From a virus (Duplodnaviria; Caudoviricetes): a DNA stretch of 31,427 bases. This document shows positions 31,348 through 31,427 of this stretch, one piece after another (the first letter of the stretch is position 1; the number at the start of each line of letters is the position of its first letter). The notes under the pieces are model-generated. The model saw only the letters and a program-made list of their open reading frames with translations, was not told the origin of the DNA and searched no databases. The stretch spans positions 1 to 31,427 of the IMG/VR virus record IMGVR_UViG_3300044858_002901, one strand, 5' to 3'. Made by a program: the position numbers and the translations under genes.

Positions 31348-31427
31348 GCGGCGGTTGAGCAGGTGGTGACCGAGTACCACACCAGGCACGGGCCTGTGGT
31401 GTTATGCCCTAGCAGCTGGACGGAGGC
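31344..31427 (-). CDS. 3' end of a gene truncated by the window edge
   Basis: Open frame ASVQLLGHNTTGPCLVWYSVTTCSTAA* ending in an ATGA overlap. Confidence 0.6.
   Translation of the reverse strand, partial: ASVQLLGHNTTGPCLVWYSVTTCSTAA

Larger units (their letters stand above)
1..31427. mobile_element. HK97/lambda-like tailed phage genome segment (probably temperate)
   Basis: TerS-TerL-portal-protease-capsid-head/tail gene order, plus HNH, recombinase and replication genes. No flanking host housekeeping operon is visible. Confidence 0.97.

Noticed and set aside
31344-31427. Possible frameshift at the right window edge
   Set aside because: On re-reading, the frame is open to the TGA at 31344, so no frameshift is needed.
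1-31427. tRNA/rRNA genes and attL/attR prophage boundaries
   Set aside because: None were recognised by eye, and phage genes continue on both sides of the recombinase. A tRNAscan-SE run would be needed to exclude tRNAs formally.

Overview
This window is about 31 kb of a GC-rich, HK97/lambda-like tailed phage genome. Almost every gene is on the minus strand. Read right to left it holds: the end of a probable tail region; a metallophosphoesterase/Nmad1 cluster; a divergent tyrosine recombinase and Xis-like HTH; early genes (RecT-like annealase, GIY-YIG protein, replication initiator with iteron-like repeats, LexA-type DNA-binding domain, beta sliding clamp); an array of small genes; a RuvC-like resolvase; a methyltransferase and glycosyltransferase; a membrane/papain-peptidase (lysis-like) block; HNH; the probable cos region; a Prim-Pol plus ATP-dependent DNA ligase pair; and TerS, TerL, portal, protease, capsid, a glycosyltransferase and head-tail genes. 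The standout feature is 17389-19138. Five palindromes there have exact integron attC geometry (AAC, 5 nt, 8-nt L'', loop, 7-nt L', 6 nt, GTT, with extrahelical bases). They separate small genes into 259-361 bp cassettes, and in four of five cassettes the cassette's own two ends are complementary, which is the footprint of circular-cassette integration. The genes are all inverted relative to the attC sites, several belong to one paralogous 'LTDEEREA' family, and no IntI is encoded in the window. This looks like a phage-borne, integron-type gene-shuffling array. All protein calls come from motif recognition only; no database search was run.
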